Assembly (NCBI GenBank): GCA_023920165.1
Contig: CP089278.1
Location: 1,240,001-1,304,000, forward strand
Source of the DNA: Curvularia clavata
Taxonomy: Eukaryota
Direction: 5' to 3'
Length of the DNA stretch: 64,000 bases
Shown: piece after piece, positions 36,780-48,404 of the stretch
Position numbering within the stretch: the stretch's first letter is position 1
Layout: each line of letters starts with the position of its first letter
The notes under the pieces: model-generated
Told to the model about the DNA's origin: nothing
Database searches by the model: none
Seen by the model: only the letters and a program-made list of their open reading frames with translations
Position numbers and translations under genes: made by a program

Positions 36780-39472
36780 ATTGCGCATTCGAATAGTCAG
36801 TCCATGACCATAGTCCAAAGGTAGATGTGAGATCTGCTGTTCAGAAATGTCAGTCCGCAAGGGCGATATATGAATCTTCACCTAGAATGTCTGTATAAAT
36901 ACTCAGTGTTGCAACTGTTCATGTGTTCCTCTTCTAAGCTTGTAAGGGACGGGATGAGCAACTCACAAACAATCCAAGCAGCCGTCCCGCTCAGAAGGAC
37001 TTGCTCCACTTTCTCTTTCTCTCTCTCGCGTAACCACGTACCCTCTTCCGCCACCCCACCCTCCCCAGTCCACGCCTCTTTCTCTCAATTTCCCTATCAA
37101 GCAATTCTCAATCTCCCATCGATCGCTGCGAGCCTCAAGGCCTCATCCATGACAGTCCGTTTCTCGCTGCTCCTTTAGCCTCGCCTCTGGCATGCACCAT
37201 GTTCCGTGTGTCACCCACCCATTGGCCACGCCCAAGTACTTCATGCCTGGAAGTGGATTGTGCACATCGGGCCGTTCTCCCATGTTGGTATCGCGTACAC
37301 AGCATCGTTGGGTTGTTCCCTGTTTTGTTTCTTGGGGCATGACCCGGTGCATGTATGAAATACGTGCAGGAGACTTACTTTGTACTAGGTCTGGCGTCGA
37401 GAGGCGCAACATGCCGTTGGCGGGGCTAGTTGCCGGTTGTGGTGGGTGGCGGCGTTAGCACGTGCCGAAATGTAGCCGGTAAAACTCATTTCCCTTGTGT
37501 AGTCAAGCTTCGGCTGCGGACGTGCCGGGTAAGTGTGGGATATCCCGTAGTCGTTCCGTAAATCTTGCACTGGTTTAGGGGTTGGAGGTTAATTGTGCCG
37601 CTTTGCATTGTGTGGGGCGATAGGGGACTTTCTCAAAAGTGGTGGCTCACACCACTCGATAAGGTGATCATGAGACTAAGGTGTTTGGAGATATTCCAGA
37701 TCACGAGAATCGCCCAAAAGGAATATGGTGTTTAATATACCAGCAGCCAAAAAATTGGCGAGCAGAATTCACACACCATCTTGTTTGCATCCGACACCGG
37801 TACTATGCGTACAAGAAAAAAAGTTCGTGAGCGAAAAGATGGAATTGCCGAACAAGATCAGCGAATGTTCAATAATAACTCTGTTTTCCTTCCACTTAAC
37901 ATGCTCCTTCAAGCGTAGTCCATCTGCACTCTCTCTCCAGGTTCTCGTGCAAGCGATCCCTATGCCGTTAGTACCGGGCCGCACGCAGCCAGGAGACCCA
38001 CGGCTTGCGCTTCCAAGGTTTTTTCTTTTCAAATCTCCGGGCTAGCATGACACCCACCTAGCCCGGCCGCATAGACGGTGGCCCGCCGTTGTTCCACAGC
38101 AGCAACCCGATTCAACTACTACAGCCAATGACACCTGTCCTTGGCTCCGTTCGGGACCCCAGGGAGCTGCATTCTTGCAGCCCTTAGTGTGGTGTTTGCA
38201 GCCGTTCCAGGAATCAACGGATGTCTGCATTTACCGCATGAGGCAATTAGAGTTTTTCTGAGCATGCTGGAGAACGAGGCATGGGTTGTGTACGCAGGTT
38301 ACCCTCTCTGTGGCAGATTTTTGCGCTTTTCCAATAATGGCTTTGCAAACTTGCCTTCCTTTGTTACGTAGGCTGTCTTGGACAGTTATACATATGATGT
38401 GTAACTATGTGAGGTTATCTTCTGTTCCCCTCGGTCCCATTTGCTTCGTATGGAGCTTTCAACTGCCACTAGTTCCGACTGTTTCTTGTTTGAGCCACAG
38501 GTAGTTTGGTCGAATTTGGATAAAACATGTCGTACAAAGATTTATTGTTTGTCCACCACTGGCTGCGCTCTCGGATGTCCAGTTGTCATAGACAAGGCTC
38601 AAGCAATTCAAGGAAAACTAGCTTCCTATTTGTCTCTGCAGAAATCATACAGGGAGTCGCTGGTCTTAGCCGCTGAAGCCCTTGACCTTTCTGCAATCGT
38701 GAGCATGTACTTGTGGAGAGACGTCTTAAATGACTTCACCAAACATGAGTTGAGCGTTCACTCTGGCCCCGCTCCATGATGAAATACGCTCCATCCATAT
38801 GAAGGAGAGGATCGATAACTGGGGAACAGAACCTAAGGAAAACTTCTTATATTTGCTGATTCTGTCTCGAATAGCTCTACAGGAGCTTGGGATTGAGCGT
38901 TTGATGCATTGCTCTTGGTCATAACTCAGCAAAATATCCCATGGTATTTGTAGGTGACTTCTGCTGCAACGAGCGCGTCAACACCAGCGTCGGGCGAAAT
39001 TTATAGCTTGCACCACAACAAGACGCCACTCAAGATGAGCAGAAGAAAAACAATGAAAGAAATTTTTGGAATTTATACCAAGTCATGATGATCGCTTCAA
39101 TCTGCTGATCCGCTGTGGGTCGCGTCGATGCGGGGGACGACCCAGACAGCCAAGCACCTCGGCCCTTCATCATTTCTAGACTAGAAGCTAGCGCAACACC
39201 CACAACTTACACCCACAACCTTATCCGACATCATTTTGTCAATCAAAAGATCCTAGGCTAGCTTCTTCGTGGGATTGCAGAGTGAATTCACATCATAGAG
39301 AAGAAGAAAAATAAAGGTACGTGCGAACCATGCACAAATTCTCACAATCTAAAAGACAACTCTGACTAGGTTCGCAGCTCCAGCCTCAACAACACCGACA
39401 ACACCAACAATCCTTTTCTTGCAAAGCACACCACTCCTACCAGGAAAACAGCTTTGAGGAAAACTACCAAAT

Positions 39473-39829
39473 ATGCCGTCCAAATCCCTCCACGACACAT
39501 ACCACCCCCCACCCCACCCGCAGCTCGTCCCCATCCTCATCTGCTTCGTCGTCATGTTCCTCTCCGCCCTGCCCACGCCCTCCTTCTTGCTCGCCTCTTC
39601 CACCCCTCTCCCTCAAACAGCCGCCAAACTCCTCCGCTGGACCCAGTCCTTCCTCTTCTACTTCCTGTACGGCGCCCACGGTGTCGAAACGATTCTATTT
39701 ACCAAGCGGTTGAGGGACCATGGTGTCACAGTAGGAAGCGGCGCGTGGTGCAAGTGGATGGGGACGTGTTTTGTGGGAGGTATGTTTTGTTTTGAGTATT
39801 TTGATCGAATTGTAGGGAGGAAGGCTTAG
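39473..39829 (+). CDS. Small integral membrane protein, TMEM254/DUF4499-like (118 aa), with a probable 5'-UTR intron at 39317-39369
   Basis: Hydrophobic segments and the pattern AHGVE..LRDHGV..WCKW..FVGG..F. An in-frame TGA upstream of ATG39473 fixes the start. Confidence 0.7.
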   Translation: MPSKSLHDTYHPPPHPQLVPILICFVVMFLSALPTPSFLLASSTPLPQTAAKLLRWTQSFLFYFLYGAHGVETILFTKRLRDHGVTVGSGAWCKWMGTCFVGGMFCFEYFDRIVGRKA

Positions 39830-39970
39830 AAAGTATAAGGTGCATGATGCGGGGGAGAGGGGATAGAGGGGAAGAGAATATGAGTAAGAAGAGATCGAGT
39901 CCTGGAGTACGAGTTCCATGTCGATATTTGCCAATTTCACTCGTCGTTCGAACCATGGGGTTGGCTGTCA

Positions 39971-40234
39971 TTATGCTCTCTCCTCTCCTGCCCTTGCTGC
40001 TGTTTCATTCCTACCCTGTCCGTCTTCCTCATCTCCCCCATCCGCATTTCTCGCCTGCGAAGCGCCCATAGATTTCGTTTCGCTCGCCACATAAGAGGCT
40101 CCTTTCGTGTCTTCGAAAGGCGAAAAAGCGCAGTTCATGTGTAGCGCAGTGTATGTATGGTACGGTCTCGCCTCATCTCCGGCTGCTAGTGTGCGGAATG
40201 ACGGGCGTTCGGAGGCGTCGAAGTAGGGTCGCAT
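39971..40234 (-). CDS. Possible small hypothetical protein (87 aa)
   Basis: ATG in acacaATG context and a plausible hydrophilic composition. No recognisable motif. Confidence 0.3.
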   Translation of the reverse strand: MRPYFDASERPSFRTLAAGDEARPYHTYTALHMNCAFSPFEDTKGASYVASETKSMGASQARNADGGDEEDGQGRNETAARAGEERA

Positions 40235-40763
40235 TGTGTGGTTCTTGGGTTTACTGGCGCTGGGAGAGGGTTTGTGTGGAGTGTGTTATGCTAAAAATGA
40301 GAGTTTTATGGTAATGATGTTAGGATGGGAGAATGAAGAGAGTGACCTTTCTTTATACATGATTGTGTCTCTGCTGATACTTTTACTAAAAAGGAGGCGA
40401 TTAGCTGCATGGGGAGTGCATAGTGCTGTGGCGGGTAGAACAATAGTAAGACTAGATGGTGTAGTTGACAAAGGGATGGAAGCTTTACGGGATAGTAGGC
40501 TAAAAGGCTGGGATTGAGTTCGGGAGGGCGCGACAGTGATTGGGTTATGAGCATCAAAGAGAGGATCGGATTTAGTCTGCTGATTAGTTTCTATTGTGTT
40601 GGTGAGTGCTGTAGAAATAGTTGGTGAGGGATGCGCTGACACCCATAGTGTTAGAATCGCGCTAGATGGAAGAGCATTCAGTACAAAATCAATCTGAAAA
40701 TTCTCTTTTCCGATATCTATGAATCTTTCAAAACATACAAGTAAGCTTACATCCATAGCCTGC

Positions 40764-42059
40764 TCAGTATCCGATATCACACGTCGTCACGTCCTCGACA
40801 AAATGCTTCTCACGATAGGTCCTCGTCCACCACAGATACCACGGCACAACATTCATCTTGATCTTGTGCCCTAGCCACGGTGTGTCCTGCACTGTCTTCA
40901 CCACACTCTGGCTCTCATCAAACGCAATGTCAATCCTCGCGCGCCTGAGCGCTTCGTACGCATCGAAAGCTTCTTTGACTGGCACACCCTGATCCCGCCT
41001 TGTCTCCATCCACTTTGCCAAGCACCGCGAGAACAAGACACCGTCTTCAAACACAATGCCTGTTGATTCTCCCTGTGGCGGCATAGCATGTGCAGAATCG
41101 CCAATAAGCATCACACGGTCAGTAGCCCACTTGCCGCCCTTTGAAAGCGTAAAAACAGGCCAGAGATACAACCCCTCTGCATCCTCAATCCAGTGAGCGA
41201 TTTGCGGGTTTGCAGCCCCCGAGTAGCGTTCAAGCATTTCATTGCGCGTTTTCTGTGCGTCGGCGCCTGCGGCTTTCCAACCGTTGCGGTCAGCGATTTC
41301 TGGGACTTGCATCAGGGCGCCCACGTAGATACTTTCCTGAGCGCGGTCGTGGAACGAAGTCAGAAGTGCGCCGCGGCGCCCAAAGTTCATTCCGCTGACG
41401 GAAAAGTGTACGGGCTCAAACTCGCCAGTAGAAGGGTCTTTGCGGCGGGGAGCGAAGCCAAAAGCATTGCAGATGCCACTGTATATGGCTTTGCGCTCTG
41501 GCTCAACGTGCTTGAGGCGCGTAACGCTATGAATGCCGTCACAGCCTATCAGTATATCGGCTCTTGCCTTTCCTCCATCTTCGAATTCGATGCTGACTCC
41601 CGATTCGTCTTCGTCGATCTTGGTGGTTTTCTTTCCGCAGATAAGCTCGATGTTGGAGTGCTTTTCGATAGCAGCAAGGACGCCTTTCAGAGCTTCACCT
41701 CTGGTTATTCGCAGCGCTGTGAATGGCGGGTCTCCTAGGCCTTTTCCTTCGGGTCCTTTGAAGGAGGACTCGGCAATCTTTACGTTTGTGTAGAGGTCAA
41801 ATACTTCCACTGCAAGACATTCTGCGCCGTAGTCCTTGGCACGAATTTCGTCGAGCGCGCCTAGATGTGAAAGAAGGCGCAGGGCATTTGGCGTCAAGTT
41901 TACGGCGCCGCCGATGGTCGCAGGCTCAGGCCGAATCTCGTATATGGTGATGCGGGGTGGTTGGGAAGCAGGAGCAAACTTGATGAGAGAGAGAGCGGTA
42001 GTGAGGCCGGCTATGCCACCACCAAGAATGATGATCTCCATTGCATTACCTGAGGCCAT
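40764..42059 (-). CDS. FAD-dependent monooxygenase (salicylate hydroxylase-like group A flavoprotein), intronless
   Basis: GGGIAG Rossmann motif, DG motif LIGCDGIHS, GD motif VMLIGDSAHAMPP. Confidence 0.93.
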   Translation of the reverse strand: MASGNAMEIIILGGGIAGLTTALSLIKFAPASQPPRITIYEIRPEPATIGGAVNLTPNALRLLSHLGALDEIRAKDYGAECLAVEVFDLYTNVKIAESSFKGPEGKGLGDPPFTALRITRGEALKGVLAAIEKHSNIELICGKKTTKIDEDESGVSIEFEDGGKARADILIGCDGIHSVTRLKHVEPERKAIYSGICNAFGFAPRRKDPSTGEFEPVHFSVSGMNFGRRGALLTSFHDRAQESIYVGALMQVPEIADRNGWKAAGADAQKTRNEMLERYSGAANPQIAHWIEDAEGLYLWPVFTLSKGGKWATDRVMLIGDSAHAMPPQGESTGIVFEDGVLFSRCLAKWMETRRDQGVPVKEAFDAYEALRRARIDIAFDESQSVVKTVQDTPWLGHKIKMNVVPWYLWWTRTYREKHFVEDVTTCDIGY

Positions 42060-42624
42060 GATGAAGTGCCGAGATAGGATCTGCTAAATTAGAATATGGT
42101 CGGATAAATGTCCATATATAGTCAATGCTCTGACATCCAGGATGTGGTCAAGTCGGAGAGTGAATCAGGCCTAAAGTGTGCTCCGTCAGACGGAACGACA
42201 CTCGAGTACCGGTCTGATGCATGTAGTTATGTCTCTAGAACTAGCGCTGGCCAATGTTGTGAGTGGCTCGGATGTGATGGGGGCTCGGAAAAGTTGGGGA
42301 ACCGACCAGACTACATCACTAGTTCAGCATTCCGAACTGTCAACCTGTGTGCATCAGATAGAGTGGCAAAGAAAGCAGGACGCGCAATGCTATCCGAAGC
42401 CGTAAATGGTGACACGGTTCGCACACGCGATGAGATATGTGAGCTAGTGGAGTATTCAGTAAAGCCCGTGGATATTTGCGACAAACGAGAAGCAAAAACT
42501 AGGTTTGACAAGCTTGGTATTTCCCTACAAAGTCCATAATCCATACAACGCCGGCGGCATGCTTACTAACGCACAAATCGTACAAGATACACAAACGAGT
42601 TCGCTGCTAAGTTCAAAAGACGTT

Positions 42625-43580
42625 CTACTGCTTCTTCTGCGCATTGGGGCCCATCTCCTTGCTAAAGGCAAAGTATGAAACCTCGAGGCTGTTAAGGGCC
42701 CGGATGCCGACAAGCAGAATGAGGAAGAGGGGGATAATGGCAGCAAAGCCCATGAAGATACCAGGTGTGAAATATTGGTACCTCTCGAACAGGCCGCCCT
42801 CGGTCGCGTTGGCTGGTTTGGCGTGAGCCGAGAGATCGCGCTTCAGCTCCATCTGGATGGCGTCCGGGAAGGGCGTGTCCATCTCGTATGTATACTGTTG
42901 GATAGTTTCCTTGGCTTGCGACTCGGTTTGGGGAGTGGTGATGTAAATGACGGTGTAGTCGCTGGATTTGGCGTCGTTGATGATGAACTCCTCCAGTGTC
43001 GCATCTAGACAGGTCAGTATTGGCGCTGCATTTCAGCCATGGGAGAACAAACCATCAGACTGAAGCTGCTCAACGCGCAGTGCTTTGGACGTAGGGGGCG
43101 CTGCGAATGTCTGTCTCGCGAACCATGTATCGTCATCGTTGTAGCCCTTTCCACACTTGGACACCAAGTGCCTGGTGATGGCCATCGTGTCGATGTTTCC
43201 GGCAATGTCCGGAATGGTTACCGTCGACTTGACTTCGGCATGCTTGCCGGCCATGTACTTGCTTAGCTGGGGTGCAGCGCGGCCATCTGCGTAGTCGGCA
43301 GCCGACACGCCCCTCTGCTCGACAACCAGGTACGACTTTGTGGGACAGTGCTCGAGAGCCTTCAGAACGTCGGCGGTGACATCTGATGATGCGGCGATGG
43401 CGGCGTCATTGTTTGGGATTAGCAAGCTGCATGGTGGTTAGCTACGAGGCGTCAGGATGGACTGGCTGCTGAGCAGGCATACTCGGCTGTGGAGAAGAGG
43501 AAGAAGGGCGATGTGTTGCGGAATGCAAGCGCCGAGGGCAAGGCAGCCAGGGCAAGGGCGCCAGCGAGAGTCTTGACCAT
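42625..43580 (-). CDS. VOA1: V-ATPase assembly factor Voa1 / BIG1-Ac45 family type I membrane protein, 3 exons
   Basis: Signal peptide plus AFRNTSPFFLFST, then CPTKSYLVVEQRGV, YTVIYITTP and GGLFERYQYFTPGIFMG, a TM segment and the ER-retrieval tail AQKKQ. Confidence 0.85.
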
Positions 43581-44171
43581 GATGATATCGGGGCTGATGG
43601 GGTTGTCGTTGGTAGTTCGTGATGTCTATCTGAAGCTCAAACGCGATGCGGCAATCATTGGCAGCAGCCACCCATCGGCACCAGCCACAGCACCACTAGC
43701 GCCGAGTGGCGCGGCCAGGCCCTATGACGCGCCCTCGACGTGAAAATGCAATGGAATTTCGGCCCAAGTATCCCCTCACAAAAAGGCAAACTAACCACGC
43801 GCTCGCCTGGCTGCGCCACTCGTCTGCAAAGGCCCGCCGCTGCATTGGTGCCTGTCTGCCTGGCCTGGCCTCGCCGAGGAATGAGTCTGACTTGACTCAT
43901 CCCGTCACTGTGGCTGCATCTTCTCGAAACGGCTGTCCTAGCGTGCTTGCTCCCACCTTTTCTCCGATATAAATCACTCGCCACTGCACGCCTCCCGGGC
44001 ATCACAGCAAAAGTCGTCTTCTGTTTTTGATTTTCTTTCTTTTCCAGTTCAGCGGGCCGTACAAATAATAGAGCTTGCTATTCCAGACGATTCTTTTCTA
44101 TTCCGGCCTGAGGCCCTTTCACCAAAACTATTCCCTCAAGCATCAGCACAGTCGCTTCTGAACCACAAAAC

Positions 44172-47100
44172 ATGTCGGCTCCCACAGTTGCCCCCCAGCC
44201 CCCCGTTTCGGCTCCAGCGAATGCCCCAAGAGCACCACAAAGGCGACGGGGCCCGCGAAATCGAAATGGAAATGCGAGCTCGAGCGCAGATACACCCTCA
44301 CAGCCAGAGCAGCAACAGCAACCACAAGCAGGACAACAGTCTCAAAGAGGAGGCGGTCGAGGCGGCAGGGGACGCGGTAGAGGGGGTCGCAATGGTGCTG
44401 GAGCCAGTTTGCAGCCTAGTACTGCCCCAGAGCTTGTGCCTGCATCCGTACAAGAAGCCGCACATCGAAGTACAAGAGGTGGACGCGGAGGGCGAGGCGG
44501 TGGGCGGGGAAGAGGCGGTCCAGAGCGTCCTCCTCAGCGGATGGCTGCTGGAGGCCGTCAATTTGGAGGACAGTTGACTGTCGAGGAAGACACTGCGTCC
44601 ATTTCTTCAGAGGCGCCCCAAGGATTACAGCCAGATGCACCCTCCTTCCAGCCAGGCAAGCCCATTGCTCCCCGCAAACCGCGACCGCCGAAACAAAAGC
44701 AACCACAAGCCCCGAAATCGACAGCTCCCGATATTGCCACCAGAACACACGAAGACATTGACAACGGTCACTACGAGTGCGCCATTTGTACAGAAGAGAT
44801 CACGAGGCGATCACGAGGTGTTTGGTCATGCAGGACGTGTTGGACTGTATTTCATCTAGGATGCATAAAAAAATGGTCAACCAACGAGGGCTCTGCCGCG
44901 GCGCGACAGCAGGCTCAGGACGGAGAGACCCCTCCTCCGAGGCAATGGCGCTGTCCAGGATGCAACTTGCCAAAGGATGTTCTGCCAAAGAATTTTCACT
45001 GCTGGTGTGAGAAGGAGCTGGACCCGCGATCTACACCTGGTTTGCCTCCGTTCTCTTGCGGTCAGTCTTGCTCGCGGCCACGAGTCCTTCCCAAACCTTG
45101 TCCTCATCCATGCGGCTCAACATGCCACGCTGGTCCTTGTCCACCCTGTAGCCTGATGGGACCTACGCAACACTGCTTTTGTGGCAAGAAATCAGTGACA
45201 CGCCGCTGCATCGATACCGACTACGAACATGGTTGGAGCTGTGGTGATGTTTGTGGAGAACTAATGTCTTGCGGACAACATCGCTGTGAACGGCCGTGCC
45301 ATGAAGGCCCTTGTGGTGCCTGTGAAGAGCGTGTACCAGCGCGTTGCTATTGCGGGCAAGTACAAAAAGACATTCTGTGCCATGACAGAGAAGTGGAAAA
45401 GGACAGCAGTCAGCTCCATATCGCTGCAGATGGCACAACTACCAAGGAGAGCTGGGTTGGCTCGTTCAAATGTCCTAACAAATGCGGACGCTCTTTTGAC
45501 TGTGGAAAACACACCTGCCAACAGGCATGTCATCCACAGGAACTAGAAGCATCTCATTGCCCACGGTCACCCGATGTAGTCACCCACTGCCCCTGTGGTA
45601 AGACTGCACTGAGCGAGATGTCAAACAAGCCTCGAGTGACTTGTGAAGACCCAATACCCAACTGCAACAAGCCTTGTGGGCAGATGCTTTCGTGTGGACA
45701 CACATGCCGGCAACACTGTCACCAAGGCGAATGTCGACCATGTTTGGAGAAAGTCGACATCTCATGTAGGTGCGGGCGAACGTCGTCCCAGACGGTATGC
45801 CACCAAGGTTCTGAAGAGCACCCTCAGTGTATGCGTGTCTGCCGCGTCTCGCTGAACTGCGGACGACATGAATGTGGCGAACGCTGCTGTGCTGGTGAGA
45901 AAAAAGCCGCTGAGCGACAATCGAACCGCCGCAAACCTAGACCCTTGGACTCAGTCCCTCGCCGGCCCCTTGAAAATTTCGAGGCTGAGCATATCTGCAC
46001 CCGCAGTTGTGGCCGCCAGCTGAAGTGTGGCAATCCCGAACATCGCTGCCAGGAACTCTGCCACAAAGGTGCTTGTGGAACATGTCGCGATGCCATATTT
46101 GACGAACTCAGCTGCCACTGCGGACGCACTGTTTTGCAGCCTCCCCTACCCTGTGGTACCAAACCACCACCATGTCGTTTCAAGTGCGAGCGACCCAAGG
46201 ATTGTGGACATCCTCAGTTGGACCATAGCTGCCACCAGGATGACCAGGCTTGCCCGAAATGTGCTTTCTTGACCACGAAACCCTGTTTGTGCGGCAAGAG
46301 TGTTCTCAAGAACCAACCGTGCTGGCTGAACGAAGTCCGTTGTGGCCAAGTCTGCGGTCGGACTCTCAAGTGTGGCACACACAAATGCCAGAAGCAATGC
46401 CATCGACCAGGAGAGTGCGAAGAACCCTGTACTCAGGCCTGTGGAAAGGAGCTCAGTGCGTGTGGTCACCCATGCTTGGCTCCATGCCACTTCCCTCAGC
46501 CATGTAAAGAAGAGAAGCCTTGCTCACACAAAATCTTTGTCACATGCGAGTGCCAAAGAATCAAGCAAGAGGCCAAATGTAACGCTTCTTGGAACAGTGA
46601 TGGCAACTTGAAAAAGACTCTCAAATGCGACGATGAATGCGCACGGTTAGAACGAAACCGAGTCCTAGCACTTGCTCTCAACGTCGATCCAGACCATCAA
46701 AGCGACCATATCCCCTATTCGGACGCTACTTTGAATATGTATCAACAAAATTCTACTTGGGCGGCTACACAAGAGAAGCAACTGCGAATCTTCGCAGCCG
46801 ATCCAGACGCGAAACGCCTTCGCTTCAAGCCCATGCCCCGCAATCAACGTGGATTCATACACTCACTTGCAGAGGACTTTGGCATGGATTCAGAGAGTAT
46901 GGACCCAGAACCTCACCGACACGTGGCCATCTTCAAGACTCCAAAGTTTGTTATGGCGCCAATGCGGACACTGGCCGAATGTGCACGCACTCGCCAAATA
47001 CAACAGCGTATTGTTCCCACGCCTGCTCCAGCTGCCACTCCGGCTGCAGCACTACGTCCCAAGCCTACCAACGCAAATACTGACCCATACAACGCCTTTC

Positions 47101-47777
47101 TCATCCTTAACCCTCGTTTCGCGCTCACCATAGAGGAACTTGCCCCTATCATCAAGAGCGTGCTGTCAACTACATCTTTCCGCTGCGAGCTAGAAATCAC
47201 ATTCCTTTCCGATGAATCAGTGGCGCTGAAGCCGCCTCTAGCAGCGCGTCTCAGCATTCCGGAACCCGACATGCAAGCCATGCTTGAATCTATCCGAGCC
47301 CCACTAGCACAAGCCCTCAATGCACACAGTATCGGCAAAATTCAGCTCGCACGCCTTGACTCGACCCTCACGGTTCTTCGCAAGGAGAGCGACATGGGTC
47401 CCGGTTCTGGCTGGAGCCAGGTAGCTGCATCAAAGGGTGTTCCTCTACGACAGGTACCAAAGAGTACACCGTTTGGTAACAAGGGTGGCTTTGCGGTTCT
47501 TAGCCTGAGTAGCAAGAAAAAGAAGAAGGAAGAGCCAGTAGAAGTAGCAGAAGATTGGGAGGCAGCCGAGGAAGAGGAAGAACAAAAGGAAAAGACTAGT
47601 GGTGCTAACAGTGATATTGTCGGAGAGGACGAGGGTGCTGTGCTAGAGGATCTACCCGAGGCCTCTGGTACCAGGGCTACCGGCAAGGAAGATAAGGCTG
47701 CGTCTTCTTCGGAGGATGTGCTTCTCACTACTCAACCCTTGCCGGGCCGCTGGTCTGACCTCGAAGAGGATGAGTAG
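44172..47777 (+). CDS. FAP1: NF-X1-type zinc finger protein (RING/PHD + NF-X1 repeats + R3H), intronless
   Basis: YECAIC..WSCRTCWTVFHLGCIKKW..WRCPGC, many CGxHxCxxxCHxGxCxxC repeats, R3H motif FKPMPRNQRGFIHSLAEDFG, RGG-rich N-terminus. Confidence 0.93.
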   Translation: MSAPTVAPQPPVSAPANAPRAPQRRRGPRNRNGNASSSADTPSQPEQQQQPQAGQQSQRGGGRGGRGRGRGGRNGAGASLQPSTAPELVPASVQEAAHRSTRGGRGGRGGGRGRGGPERPPQRMAAGGRQFGGQLTVEEDTASISSEAPQGLQPDAPSFQPGKPIAPRKPRPPKQKQPQAPKSTAPDIATRTHEDIDNGHYECAICTEEITRRSRGVWSCRTCWTVFHLGCIKKWSTNEGSAAARQQAQDGETPPPRQWRCPGCNLPKDVLPKNFHCWCEKELDPRSTPGLPPFSCGQSCSRPRVLPKPCPHPCGSTCHAGPCPPCSLMGPTQHCFCGKKSVTRRCIDTDYEHGWSCGDVCGELMSCGQHRCERPCHEGPCGACEERVPARCYCGQVQKDILCHDREVEKDSSQLHIAADGTTTKESWVGSFKCPNKCGRSFDCGKHTCQQACHPQELEASHCPRSPDVVTHCPCGKTALSEMSNKPRVTCEDPIPNCNKPCGQMLSCGHTCRQHCHQGECRPCLEKVDISCRCGRTSSQTVCHQGSEEHPQCMRVCRVSLNCGRHECGERCCAGEKKAAERQSNRRKPRPLDSVPRRPLENFEAEHICTRSCGRQLKCGNPEHRCQELCHKGACGTCRDAIFDELSCHCGRTVLQPPLPCGTKPPPCRFKCERPKDCGHPQLDHSCHQDDQACPKCAFLTTKPCLCGKSVLKNQPCWLNEVRCGQVCGRTLKCGTHKCQKQCHRPGECEEPCTQACGKELSACGHPCLAPCHFPQPCKEEKPCSHKIFVTCECQRIKQEAKCNASWNSDGNLKKTLKCDDECARLERNRVLALALNVDPDHQSDHIPYSDATLNMYQQNSTWAATQEKQLRIFAADPDAKRLRFKPMPRNQRGFIHSLAEDFGMDSESMDPEPHRHVAIFKTPKFVMAPMRTLAECARTRQIQQRIVPTPAPAATPAAALRPKPTNANTDPYNAFLILNPRFALTIEELAPIIKSVLSTTSFRCELEITFLSDESVALKPPLAARLSIPEPDMQAMLESIRAPLAQALNAHSIGKIQLARLDSTLTVLRKESDMGPGSGWSQVAASKGVPLRQVPKSTPFGNKGGFAVLSLSSKKKKKEEPVEVAEDWEAAEEEEEQKEKTSGANSDIVGEDEGAVLEDLPEASGTRATGKEDKAASSSEDVLLTTQPLPGRWSDLEEDE

Positions 47778-48404
47778 GGTATTCTCACTCTTTCAGTTTC
47801 TGTAACATTGGTGTCTTTTGGAAGTCTTGTAGATGATATCCTAGCGTAGGGTGTAGAAGAATAAACATGCATTTATGAACATGAGATAACATCAGGCGTT
47901 CAAGTGACGAATGTACTCCAATCAAACACACCCTATAGGTTTCCATGAACGTACTACTAGATAGGTAATGAGGGTTTTGACATCTGCATATACTCGGTAC
48001 ATGAGCACAACAAATATGGCATGTTGGTCCCCAACGAAAAGAAGAGAATGGATCAGCACATTCCGCCAATAGCATATCTGACAGCGCTTTGTCTCAGGTA
48101 TCAAATGCTCAAGACACAATTTGTTCCAAGTACTACCCGGCTTTGACACGTCTTTGCAGCTACACTTTCTTTCAATAAAAGGCCCAAACTCATCTGCCAA
48201 ATGCCCCATTCTCACATTGTCATTTCCCAAACCTAGACGCCCATAGAATTCGTGGAGCAAGTTATTGCCACCTCTGAAAAGTGACAGACCAAAAACAAAA
48301 AGACGTCAAACGCCATCACATGCATATCGCCTCCACACCCATTCCTCCAAATCTCTTTCCCTGTCTCAAAGAAGACGGGCAAATGACGAGACCACGGCTT
48401 TCCC

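Noticed and set aside
37623..37632. Minus-strand GAAAGTCCCC resembling RNase MRP CR-I
   Set aside because: No matching CR-V (GGGGCTYA) found downstream on that strand.
47922..48260. 112-aa Cys-containing ORF between the FAP1 and RPB11 3' ends
   Set aside because: TTG start, located in 3'-UTR territory, no recognisable motif.
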